A DNA stretch of 63,895 nt, filler included, from Nitrospirae bacterium CG2_30_53_67 (GCA_001873285.1; 7 parts of 7 records of this genome joined end to end with filler, not necessarily neighbours in it); one strand, 5' to 3'; shown: positions 1 through 9,246, counted from the whole stretch's first letter. Numbers and translations are program-made. The notes: generated by a model from the sequence alone, not told the origin.

Positions 1-42
1 TGAGCTTGTCGAACCATGGATTGTCCGATCGGACAATGACAA
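1..42. repeat. Partial REP-like hairpin repeat (family R1)
   Basis: GGATTGTCCGATCGGACAATGAC resembles the 3' halves of the copies at 3253-3322 and 55640-55872. Confidence 0.6.
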
Positions 43-142
43 CCCTATATAATCCTGATGTGTACCAATCCCCCGATCCAGTCGGAGGACAGGTATTTTT
101 GTCGCAGACCCCTCGCTTTCCCAGGCAGCATGAGGAAAAATA

Positions 143-172
143 TTGACAAAAAGAGGATAAACCTGCTATAAG
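143..172 (+). promoter_or_regulatory. Sigma70-like promoter upstream of the HNH gene
   Basis: TTGACA (143-148), 18-nt spacer, extended -10 TGcTATAAG (164-172). Confidence 0.6.
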
Positions 173-302
173 GTATCGTACCAGTCGCTTCAAATGAAAT
201 CGTTCAGAGAACAGGGGTCTTAAACGATTGACGGATGATGGATCGGGACCTCATCCCAAAGCAATCGCAAACAACCGTGGATAGCGCACATGTTCTAACA
301 GA

Positions 303-827
303 GTGACACTCATGAATACAAGCGTTCTGGTTTTGAATGCCAGTTACGAACCGATCAACATCTGCATGGCACGCCGTGCAATCGTATTGATTTCAAAAGG
401 CGTGGCCGCCTGTGAAGAGGCGACGCCCCGTTACTTTCATACGCCCTCTCTCAAAATCTCCGTCCCCTCTGTGATCCGTCTGCTCCATTACATCAAGACC
501 CCGCATATGAGGGAAAAACATCCCACCAAGAAGAACGTCCTGATCCGTGATAAAAATACGTGCCAGTACTGCGGGCGGCGTTCCAATCCCACGGATCTGA
601 CCCTGGACCATGTGATCCCGAAATCCAGAGGCGGGGAAACCCGCTGGGATAATCTTGTGGCCTGCTGCAAAATATGCAATACCCGGAAAGGGGATCTTGC
701 ACCCTCCGAGGCCGGGATGACCCTCCTGAAAGGCCCGAAGGAGCCGAGATATCCCTACCATATCCATCTCTGCCGGACCAGAGGAATCGGGAGCGAGGGG
801 TGGCGCAAGTATCTTTACTATCATTAG
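303..827 (+). CDS. HNH endonuclease (McrA/HNH_5-like); start may be ATG 312
   Basis: VLVLNASYEP N-terminus; RD..CQYCG, LTLDHVIPKSRGG, WDNLVACCKICNTRKG motifs. Confidence 0.9.
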   Translation: MTLMNTSVLVLNASYEPINICMARRAIVLISKGVAACEEATPRYFHTPSLKISVPSVIRLLHYIKTPHMREKHPTKKNVLIRDKNTCQYCGRRSNPTDLTLDHVIPKSRGGETRWDNLVACCKICNTRKGDLAPSEAGMTLLKGPKEPRYPYHIHLCRTRGIGSEGWRKYLYYH

Positions 828-1125
828 ATATGCGATAATGCTTGAGCATAAAGAGACAATGAGGGTCGGAATCCACGGGAAGAGGTTTTTTTGAGTCCTC
901 GTCCAACACAGACTCACGATAAAGGCGTGGAATACGCCCCATCCAACACCCATAGGCAAAGTTTATCTTCAAAGGTTGATAAACCAAGATCACCCACCAG
1001 AAGCCCGATGTTGTCATCCACCTCCTCAAGATGTGGTTCGCTAATGTCACCAGTGCCTTTTAAAATCTGATTGACATTTGACTCACGATTGCATATATCT
1101 TAGATGCATCGATGAGGGAGGACTC

Positions 1126-2379
1126 ATGACCGAATTGAGACAGGGGATTCAGATCTGGCCGATCGGAAGCGGCAAGGGAGGCGTGGGAAAGACCCTCCTT
1201 ACAGCCAATCTCGGCATCCTCCTTTCCCGGATGAACAGGAAGGTCGTACTCCTCGATGCTGATCTCGGCGCATCCAACCTCCATACCGCCCTCGGCATCC
1301 CCTATATCACCAAAACACTGAACAATCTCCTGACCGGCGCCCCCGGAGGACTTCCGGACACAGCCGTCGAAACCCCGATACCGGGCCTGAGTCTGATCGG
1401 AGGAGGGCGTCAGCTCCCGGCCTATCCGGACTATCAGAAAGATCTGACCGGGAGGATTCTGTCCGGCATCCCGCTTGTGCGAGCCGACATCCTTCTCATG
1501 GACCTGGGAGGCGGCATCCAGACGAACGCCCTTGACCTCTTTCTCCTTTCCAACCGGCCTATCGTGGTGATGACCGAGGATCCTGCCTCAATCCAAACCA
1601 CCTACCACCTGCTGAAGATGGCGGTCTACAGGAAGATCCTGAAGACATTCCCTCAGAATCCCCTGATCTCTTTTATGGTTGATTCGGCGACCCATCCCAA
1701 GAGCCGCCGGAAGGTCCACGCGGTTCCCGAACTGATTGAGAAAATCTCTCACGTGGACCGCTGCTATGCGGATCTCATCCTGAAAACCCTGAAGGACTTT
1801 TCTCCTCAAATGATTGTGAACATGGCCGGCCGTCATGACCATCGCCGCCCGGCTGACGTGGTCACTGCCGTCAGCCGTAAATTTCTGGGGATCTCCCCTG
1901 AGCTTCTCGGTATCATGGAGTACCATCAGGGAATTGTGGAATCCACCCGGCGCCTCCGGCCGTTCACCCTGAATCCGATGAATCTGAAGGCCACTGAGCA
2001 GCTCAACCTGATCGCACACCGGCTGGCCGGGGCGGCCGATGCCGTAAGTTCTCTCGAATCTTCCAGAGAAAAGAATCGGACAAAACCTGCCGTCGAGGTA
2101 TCCCCTGCAAAGGAAAAACAAGAGATCTGGCTCATGGACAACGTCGAGTACAAGAACCGGCCTCTCTACGTCCTGACTGAAAAACTCAATTCGGACTCAT
2201 CCATCCAGACCTCGGTTTATTACAGGGGGAGAATCCTTTTTTCAAAGAAGATGCGCTACGCTGAACTCTATGGCCCCGAACCGGACGAAAAGTCCATGGA
2301 AAGACTCATCGGCAAACAGCACCAGACCGCCCTCAAAGGGATCCGGGAAGGCCGGCTCCGCTTCAAGGATGAGAAGTGA
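1126..2379 (+). CDS. MinD/FlhG-family P-loop ATPase with extra C-terminal domain
   Basis: Deviant Walker A GSGKGGVGKT, DADLGASNLH, DLGGG; GGGAGG RBS before ATG 1126. Confidence 0.8.
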   Translation: MTELRQGIQIWPIGSGKGGVGKTLLTANLGILLSRMNRKVVLLDADLGASNLHTALGIPYITKTLNNLLTGAPGGLPDTAVETPIPGLSLIGGGRQLPAYPDYQKDLTGRILSGIPLVRADILLMDLGGGIQTNALDLFLLSNRPIVVMTEDPASIQTTYHLLKMAVYRKILKTFPQNPLISFMVDSATHPKSRRKVHAVPELIEKISHVDRCYADLILKTLKDFSPQMIVNMAGRHDHRRPADVVTAVSRKFLGISPELLGIMEYHQGIVESTRRLRPFTLNPMNLKATEQLNLIAHRLAGAADAVSSLESSREKNRTKPAVEVSPAKEKQEIWLMDNVEYKNRPLYVLTEKLNSDSSIQTSVYYRGRILFSKKMRYAELYGPEPDEKSMERLIGKQHQTALKGIREGRLRFKDEK

Positions 2380-2414
2380 AGGTTCTTTCGTAAGCAAGAT
2401 GGCCGGCCATAGAA

Positions 2415-2456
2415 AAATGAACATACCCCGCTGCAAGCAGCGGGGTATGTTCATTT
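2415..2456. terminator. Perfect 20-bp inverted repeat between convergent genes; probable bidirectional terminator
   Basis: AAATGAACATACCCCGCTGC-AA-GCAGCGGGGTATGTTCATTT. Confidence 0.65.
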
Positions 2457-2484
2457 AGAGTAAAAAACTTACGAAGGCTTCGCC

Positions 2485-3207
2485 CTATCTCCGTGCAGCC
2501 TCATCAATGAATGCCTCGAAGATCCTGCGGCATCCCCGGTCACGCTCAAACAGAAATTCCGGATGCCACTGCACACCCAGAACGAAACCGCGGCGTTCGC
2601 TCTCAATCCCTTCGATCACACCGTCTTCAGCCAAGGCATTAACCTTCAATCCATCCCCTATCTCCTTCACAGCCTGGTGGTGGGCGCTGTTGACCTGAAG
2701 CGTCTCTTCCCCGATGATTTTATGGAGCAGCGTCTCAGGGACAATCCTTACCTGATGCGAGGGTTCGGTCTTTGGTTTCTTCTGCTCATGGTCCAACGCC
2801 CCATGTTTCTGAGTCCCGATGTCCTGATAGAGCGAACCGTTCAGGGCCACATTGATCGTCTGCTCCCCGCCGCAGATCCCGAGGATCGGAAGGCCTCTCT
2901 TCAGCGCCTGTTTCGTGATCTCCATCTCAAAACGTGTCCGGTTCTCCTTGACCGTCCCCTTCTCCCCGGTCCATTCCTCACCATAGAAGGAGGGGTCGAT
3001 ATCAAAGGCCCCGCCGGTCAGCAGCAGACCGTGAACAAGGTCGAGCAGCAGGGAAACCTCAGCCGGACCCTCAACATAAGGAAGGATCAACGGGACTCCC
3101 CCTCCTTTTATAACCGCCGTGATATACCGTTCACGCAAAAAATAATGGGCCTCGGCCTTTTCTTTCCCCTCTTCAAAATCCGGTGTGACCCCGATGACCG
3201 GTTTCAT
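2485..3207 (-). CDS. Peptidase C26 / gamma-glutamyl-gamma-aminobutyrate hydrolase family
   Basis: LLLTGG.DIDP..Y, GICGG.Q nucleophile elbow, VNSAHHQAV, GVQWHPE. Confidence 0.9.
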   Translation of the reverse strand: MKPVIGVTPDFEEGKEKAEAHYFLRERYITAVIKGGGVPLILPYVEGPAEVSLLLDLVHGLLLTGGAFDIDPSFYGEEWTGEKGTVKENRTRFEMEITKQALKRGLPILGICGGEQTINVALNGSLYQDIGTQKHGALDHEQKKPKTEPSHQVRIVPETLLHKIIGEETLQVNSAHHQAVKEIGDGLKVNALAEDGVIEGIESERRGFVLGVQWHPEFLFERDRGCRRIFEAFIDEAARR

Positions 3208-3252
3208 TAAAAAACCTCATTTATATAGCCTTGCATAAATAAGGCTACATAT

Positions 3253-3322
3253 TGTCATTCTCCGGCTTGACCGGAGAATCCAGATTCCTTCTCTGGATTG
3301 CCCGATCAAGTCGGGCAATGAC
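3253..3322. repeat. REP-like double hairpin (family R1, uninterrupted copy)
   Basis: GTCATTCTCCGGCTTGACCGGAGAATCCAG...CTGGATTGCCCGATCAAGTCGGGCAATGAC. Confidence 0.75.
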
Positions 3323-3394
3323 GACAGAGCAGACAAGATAAGTATACTATACAACGTTAAGAATAATATTTATCTCGCTTTAATTATGCAATGA

Positions 3395-4981
3395 TTAATA
3401 GCTTCGAAGCGTTAATATCTTCCCCGGCCTTTTCCCGGTATGCTCGCCGTCCATCACCACGACCTCCCCGTTGACCATGACCATTCGGATCCCCTCCGGA
3501 TACCTTTTGGGTTCCTCATAGGTGGATGGGTCCCGGATCGTTTGAGGATCAAAGAGGACCAGATCCGCCGCGAACCCCTGCCGGATCAAGCCTCGGTCAC
3601 GAATACCTAACTTTTTGATCGGATCGGATGTCATCTTCCGGACCGCCTCCTCCAGGCTCAGGAGCCCTTCCTCCCGCACAAACTGCTGGAGGACGCGAGG
3701 ACAGGTCCCATAAGCCCTCGGATGAGGGTTCCCTTCGCCGAGCGGGCCCTCCAGGGTCTTGGCCCCGCTGTCCGAGCCGATCATGACATAGTCTTTCTTT
3801 AGAATACGCCGCAGGTTCTCATGGCTCATGGTGAAATGAATGCTGTCCACCATGTTCCGTTCCTGTACGAGAAGATCAAAAACAAACTCCAAAGGCTCCT
3901 TCCCTGCCAGACCGGCGCACGCCTTGACCTTTTTCCCGGCATAGCCTCGGTTCTCGGGCCGGGTCACGGCGGAGATCATGATCCGGTCGAAATAATCCTC
4001 TTCAGGGTGGGCAGCCTCGATCTCTTTTTTCATCCGGCGTCTTATCTCCTGGTCTTTCAGCCGGTTCATGAGGCCTTCGGTCCCCCCCTCGAAGGCCCAG
4101 TCCGGAAGCACGGCCGATAACCCGGTGTTGGATGCCGTGTAGGGGTAACGGTCAGCCGTCACGTCCACCCCCTGTCTCCGGGCGGTCTCAATCCGTTCAA
4201 ACAGGGCATCGAGTTTGTTCCAGTTCCGCTCTCCGGATGTCTTGAGATGAGAAATCTGAAGTGGGATGCCGGAAATGAAGGCGATCTCGATCACCTCGTC
4301 CACGGCCTCGAGCAGACGGTTCCCCTCGCTTCGCATATGCACCGCGAAGATCCCGCCGTCCTCCTTGGCCGCCCGGCAGAGATCGACGATTTCGGAAGTC
4401 CGAGAGAAACAGGCCGGCGGATAGATGAGCCCCGTAGAGAGTCCAAGCGCTCCCTCGCTCATGGCATGCCTGATGAGCTGAACCATCCGAGCCATTTCTT
4501 CGGAAGACGGCGCCCGGTCGCTTCCATACATCACGGAAGAACGGATCGTATTGTGTCCGGCGAGCAGGCCGAAATTCACGGAGATCCCCTGCATGGCCAG
4601 ATGCGAAAGATACGCGCCCACACTCTCCCATGGAAGGTCCAGCCCGAAAAGGTCCCGATAGACCTTGACCCTTTCCTCTCTGACCTTGCCGAAGACCGGG
4701 GCCGCGGAATATCCGCAGTTGCCTCCGATCTCCGTGGTCACCCCCTGCCGCACCTTGCTTTCCGCAAGCGGGTTGACCAGGAGATAATAATCCGAGTGGG
4801 AATGGACGTCCACGAATCCCGGCGCGGCCGCCTCTCCATGCCCCTGAATCTCAGTCTCCCCCCGTTCAGGGCAGCAGGGCCCCACATAGGCGAAGCGGCC
4901 CTGATGGATGCCGATATCCCCGGTAAAGGCCGGGGCGCCGGAACCGTCCACAATGCGGGCCTCTCGGATCACGATCTGCAT
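3395..4981 (-). CDS. N-acyl-D-amino-acid deacylase (D-aminoacylase, amidohydrolase family)
   Basis: PGFVDVHSHSD, GVTTEIGGNCG, HMRSE, SHLK, HPRAYGT motifs. Confidence 0.9.
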   Translation of the reverse strand: MQIVIREARIVDGSGAPAFTGDIGIHQGRFAYVGPCCPERGETEIQGHGEAAAPGFVDVHSHSDYYLLVNPLAESKVRQGVTTEIGGNCGYSAAPVFGKVREERVKVYRDLFGLDLPWESVGAYLSHLAMQGISVNFGLLAGHNTIRSSVMYGSDRAPSSEEMARMVQLIRHAMSEGALGLSTGLIYPPACFSRTSEIVDLCRAAKEDGGIFAVHMRSEGNRLLEAVDEVIEIAFISGIPLQISHLKTSGERNWNKLDALFERIETARRQGVDVTADRYPYTASNTGLSAVLPDWAFEGGTEGLMNRLKDQEIRRRMKKEIEAAHPEEDYFDRIMISAVTRPENRGYAGKKVKACAGLAGKEPLEFVFDLLVQERNMVDSIHFTMSHENLRRILKKDYVMIGSDSGAKTLEGPLGEGNPHPRAYGTCPRVLQQFVREEGLLSLEEAVRKMTSDPIKKLGIRDRGLIRQGFAADLVLFDPQTIRDPSTYEEPKRYPEGIRMVMVNGEVVVMDGEHTGKRPGKILTLRSY

Positions 4982-5003
4982 TGCCTGACTCCGATCAAAC
5001 TAT

Positions 5004-5157
5004 GACGGCTTCGTAAAAAGTCCGTCTGCGGCGTTGCGCTTCATTCTTCGTCATTGCAGCGTACTTCTAAGCACGCCTCATTCCTCAGAATTCGCGCGCC
5101 TTGCATACGGAGCTTTTTACTGTGCCGTCCCACTTGTGGACTTTTTACGAGTCCATC
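5004..5157. mobile_element. 154-bp MITE with 6-bp target duplication AACTAT
   Basis: TIRs GACGGCTTCGTAAAAAGTCC / GGACTTTTTACGAGTCCATC; AACTAT at 4998-5003 and 5158-5163. Confidence 0.8.
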
Positions 5158-5159
5158 AA

Positions 5160-7215
5160 CTATGGGTTGGATGAATCCTTGCCGACATGGGGTGCAGAGG
5201 GCTCATAAAGACGCCTGTAGATCTCCATATTATTCAGGACCCTCTTGACATAATCCCTGGTTTCCCTGAAGGTAATGGACTCGATCCGCTCATCCGCATC
5301 CAACTGTTGGTAGAGATCCCACCACTGATCGGACCTGGATTCCCCTGCATTGTAACTGCATAGAACCCGGACCAGGTCTCCATTGGAACGATCCTTCAAA
5401 TCAGTCAGGTACCGGATTCCCATCATGATATTCGTCTCCGGATCATATAAGTTTTCCGGTGTGAAATCCTTGATTCCGAGATTTCGGGCAATCACCCTCC
5501 CCGTCGAGGGGATGATCTGCATAAGGCCGCGTGCATCGGCAGGAGAGACGATGTCCGGCTGGAACAGGCTCTCCTGGCGCATGACCGCCAGCACAAAAAA
5601 AGGATCCAGATTGTTTTTCCGTGTCTCTCTTTGAACCGTATCCCAAAAGGCCAGAGGATACAAGAACCGTTTCATGCAGGCGATGTTGACCTGCCCCTCC
5701 GAGCCGCAGGCCTTGCTCTTCAGAACCCACCTCAAAGACTTGGGGAAGTTCCCGGCCCTCTCATAAAGGACCGCGACATAACAGAGATCCGCCGGGTTTT
5801 GGGATACCTGCTTCTGAACGGCGGCTATTTCTTCCCCGGATTCATCCAAATAACCGATCCGGATCAGCTCCTCCGCTCGGTCCAGATGGAAGGCGAGCGG
5901 CGATCCCGGAGCCGGACGGATCGGTTCCGGATACCATGCCTGATCCTCTTGATCCGAAGAGGCTGCCGTATCCGGAACCAGATTCCAGGATGATTCCAAA
6001 CGCTTTCTGGCCATGGTTCCGTAGAAATTCCAACGGTAATCCTCCGCGAGCCGCCGGAAGATTTGTTGTCCCTGTTCCGCGTTGCTCAACTTTTCCTCGC
6101 ATTTACCCTGCCAGTACAGCGCCGCAGGGAACAGGTCGGACCGGGGATAGTTTCTCATACAGGAAAGAAAAATATCCCTGGCCTTCTCGTATTTCCCTGC
6201 CTTGTATTCCACCCACCCGGCGCGCCATGCCCCTTCGGCCGCAAGCGGATGATCGGCGTTGACCTCCCCTGACGTGAGAAAATAATCCACGGCCTCGGAA
6301 TCATCCCCATCATTCTCATAGATCCTTCCGAGGGCATAACGCGCCATCATGCCCCATTCACCCGCAGAATAGGCCCTGATCAGGCGCTTGAAGATCCGTT
6401 TTGCCTCGGAATCCCTGTCCTGATTCCAGTAATAACTCCCGAGATGGTACGCCGCTTCAGCCTGGACCGTACCGGCGCCTTTGGAACGGATGAGCTTCTC
6501 ATAAAGATGGATCCCTTGATCGGGCGATTCAGTCTTGATCAGGGCCCTGGCCTTAAGAAGAAGCGCCTGCTCCAGCAGAGGACTCTCAGGATAGCGCTTC
6601 TCAAATGTACTGCAAACCTCAATGACCCGGTCATACCTGAGGGATCGGTTCAGCGCCTGCACCCGTGCGAAATAAAGATCGTCCGACGGAATCTCCGGCG
6701 CCACGCCCCTCGTCTTCATGATACCCGCCATCCGTTCTTCCGCATCTCTTCCCTCCGGGGTGACGGGATTTTCAAAGGTTAGGCGCTGATAGACGTCCTG
6801 GGCGCCCTGCCAATCCTTCACGCCTTCAAGGGCTTCGCCCAGCAGCAGAGAAACCCGCCGCCTTGTCTCGGATCTTTCTTCCTGTTTCAGGATCCCCTCG
6901 GCAACCCCCCTGGCCGCAGGGAATTGCTTCCAGGAGATCAGTGCCCGGACGATCTCCATCCGGGTCCTGGGGACCAGCACACTTTCCGGATACCGCTCAA
7001 GAAGCCGGCCGGCAAGGGTAAAGGCCTCTGAAGGTTTCCCCATCTTCAGAGCGGCCCGGATCCGATAGTAGAGAATATAGTCTCCGAGCGCCGGGTAAGC
7101 CTCTTCAAGGCCATCCAGCAATCCGGCGGCAAGTACGGCATCCCCTTTTCCCAGGGCGGAAACCCCCTCCTTGAATAACGCGCTCGGGTATCCGGGATCT
7201 CTGACGGATGTTGTT
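5160..7215 (-). CDS. TPR-containing soluble lytic transglycosylase (5' truncated by gap)
   Basis: TPR/BamD-like helical repeats followed by SLT motifs MRQES, ARGLMQI, SYNAG, ETRDYV. Confidence 0.88.
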
Positions 7216-7315
7216 NNNNNNNNNNNNNNNNNNNNNNNNNNNNNNNNNNNNNNNNNNNNTTAATTAATTAANNNNNNNNNNNNNNNNNNNNNNNNNNNNN
7301 NNNNNNNNNNNNNNN
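7216..7315. other. Artificial contig linker
   Basis: N-run containing the TTAATTAATTAA all-frame stop linker. Confidence 0.98.
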
Positions 7316-7409
7316 CGCCAATATTCTCCAATCTAACGCTGAATCTTCGATGCGTCAAGGGGAGAGCTAGGACCCAAAAACAGAGATAGAAAATTGTTTT
7401 CCAAGAAAA

Positions 7410-7507
7410 TCCCCCTCCCCTTGTGGGAGGGGGTGTGGGGGAGGGGTAACCTTAAAGGTGAAAACGATTCACCCTCACCCTGCCCTCTCCCATCAAGGGA
7501 GAGGGAA
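7410..7507. repeat. REP-like CCCTCTCCC/GGGAGAGGG hairpin pair (family R2)
   Basis: CCCTCCCCTTGTGGGAGGGG...CCCTCACCCTGCCCTCTCCCATCAAGGGAGAGGG; related copies near 9314-9402 and 60308-60397. Confidence 0.7.
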
Positions 7508-7588
7508 TAATTTTGGAATTTCTATCGCGGAATTTAGGCCAGGACATTCTAATTGACAACAAAAACTTATTCTGGTAAGTTACTTTAT

Positions 7589-8056
7589 ATGGTGAATCAA
7601 ACCATGAAAAAGCAATTGAAAAAATCGAGGCTTAGAACACCCCTGTTCATCGCTCTATTCCTGTTTGTGTTCCAGACCAATCCGGTCTTCTGTGCCTGCC
7701 TCTCCGCTGGTCATCATGCAACCGGATCTTGTAGTGCCATGTCCGAAAAGAGCCCCTGTCACGGCGATATGCCCATGAAGGCCTGCCATGACAAGGCATC
7801 GGACACAAAAAACGGCTCTTCCAACTCCGGCGCTGATACCTGCCCGCTGTGCCAGTGCCTGATGACAGGAAACATCGAGAGTCAGAAGGTCATGGCCGCG
7901 ATGTCATTGGACCCGGTGCCGGGAAACCTTGCTTGCAACATCTCCCATATGCCCGGCGACACACTCAATGCCGCCAGGCTGACCTGCCTGGTACTGCCGC
8001 AGACGCCTGTTCGAACTCATCCCCTTTTCATTATAAACAGAACTTTCCGCATTTAA
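7589..8056 (+). CDS. Cys/His-rich hypothetical protein preceding metal-efflux cluster (start uncertain, 7553-7604)
   Basis: N-terminal hydrophobic helix; CAC..GHH, CH, CPLCQC; C-terminal HPLFIINRTFRI. Confidence 0.6.
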   Translation: MVNQTMKKQLKKSRLRTPLFIALFLFVFQTNPVFCACLSAGHHATGSCSAMSEKSPCHGDMPMKACHDKASDTKNGSSNSGADTCPLCQCLMTGNIESQKVMAAMSLDPVPGNLACNISHMPGDTLNAARLTCLVLPQTPVRTHPLFIINRTFRI

Positions 8057-8259
8057 AATATCGCGCCCAACGTTAATTCTGACCCGTGGTTCATCTCATA
8101 CGGAATCCGTGCGTGTGGATTCATGGACTTAGACTTCGGTCGAGTGGATTCATTCCGCGTGGATCTTATGTGATAGCTGTATAACATGACCGAATATAAA
8201 CGGCTTGCAAAAGTCTTTGTTTCAGATATACTACCAAAGAAAAAAAGGAGGGTATCAAA

Positions 8260-8754
8260 ATGAAAAGAACCTTTAAACTTTTAAGCGGCTCCGTAGCATT
8301 GGTCCTGGCCCTGTCCGGTTATCTCTTCGCCGGGATGGGCGGCGGAATGATGGGCGGCGGGCAGATGCAGGGAGGGTCCACGGGCATGGATCATCCCGGC
8401 CAGGAACCCATGAGCGGGCATGCCCCATCATCGGGCACCCTGTCTCAGAATACCATGCCTCATCAGGAACAGATGAAGGCTATGGACCAGATGATGCAGG
8501 ATCCGGCCATGCACAGCGAGATGATGAACCGGGTCATGGGCAATCAGGAGATGATGAAAGAGATGATGAACCGGATGGTTTTCGAACCGGGCCTTATGAA
8601 TCAGATGATGGACCAGATGATGACAAACATGGGGACCCGGAACATGATCGTGGATCGGGTGATGCAGGATACGGAGATGCGGAACCGGATGATACAGGAG
8701 GTTCAGTCGCCCAAACAGCCGAAGCCGCAGCATCAGCATCCGGCTCAGCCGTAA
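8260..8754 (+). CDS. Exported Met-rich protein, probable Cu/Ag binder
   Basis: AGGAGG RBS, signal peptide, repeated MM.QMM/MMNRM segments; lies upstream of cusCBA-like genes. Confidence 0.75.
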   Translation: MKRTFKLLSGSVALVLALSGYLFAGMGGGMMGGGQMQGGSTGMDHPGQEPMSGHAPSSGTLSQNTMPHQEQMKAMDQMMQDPAMHSEMMNRVMGNQEMMKEMMNRMVFEPGLMNQMMDQMMTNMGTRNMIVDRVMQDTEMRNRMIQEVQSPKQPKPQHQHPAQP

Positions 8755-8793
8755 ATTAGAGACCAGAACGGTCATTGAAAGGAGCTGAGGATT

Positions 8794-9186
8794 ATGAAAA
8801 AAATCATTACAGCATTGGCCATAACCGCATTGTTCATGGCATGTACGAATTTGTCAAAGGGATACGAAGTGAAGAAGCAGGTGGGCGAATACGAGGTCGT
8901 GGCGCAGATCGACAGGAATCCACCGATTGCGGGTGACAACAATCTCAGCATCAAGATCAAGGATGCCTCAGGCAAGTACGTCACCGATGCAAACGTCATG
9001 GTGAATTATGTTATGCCCGCGATGCCCGGCATGCCGGCCATGAACTACATTGCCGAGACCACGTTGAGCGGCGAGGAGTATAAGACCAAAATGACGCTTT
9101 CCATGTCCGGCTCGTGGAACATCGAGATCAAAATCACCAGGCAGGGAAAGGTGGAGACCATGAAGTTCACTGTGGATGCAAAGTAA
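8794..9186 (+). CDS. FixH/YtkA-like exported protein
   Basis: Signal peptide; VTDANV..Y.MPAMPGMPAM; MSGSWNI. Confidence 0.75.
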   Translation: MKKIITALAITALFMACTNLSKGYEVKKQVGEYEVVAQIDRNPPIAGDNNLSIKIKDASGKYVTDANVMVNYVMPAMPGMPAMNYIAETTLSGEEYKTKMTLSMSGSWNIEIKITRQGKVETMKFTVDAK

Positions 9187-9246
9187 AAAAAGCTCACCAT
9201 GACAATTGTCAACCTGAGCTTGTCGAAGGCTGGATTCCCCGATCAA

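Noticed and set aside
179..1060. Group I intron or IscB/HEARO system around the HNH gene
   Set aside because: CACAGACT and AAGATGTGGTTC resemble R/S elements but do not form a proper P7 and no host exons were found; the protein lacks PLMP and RuvC motifs
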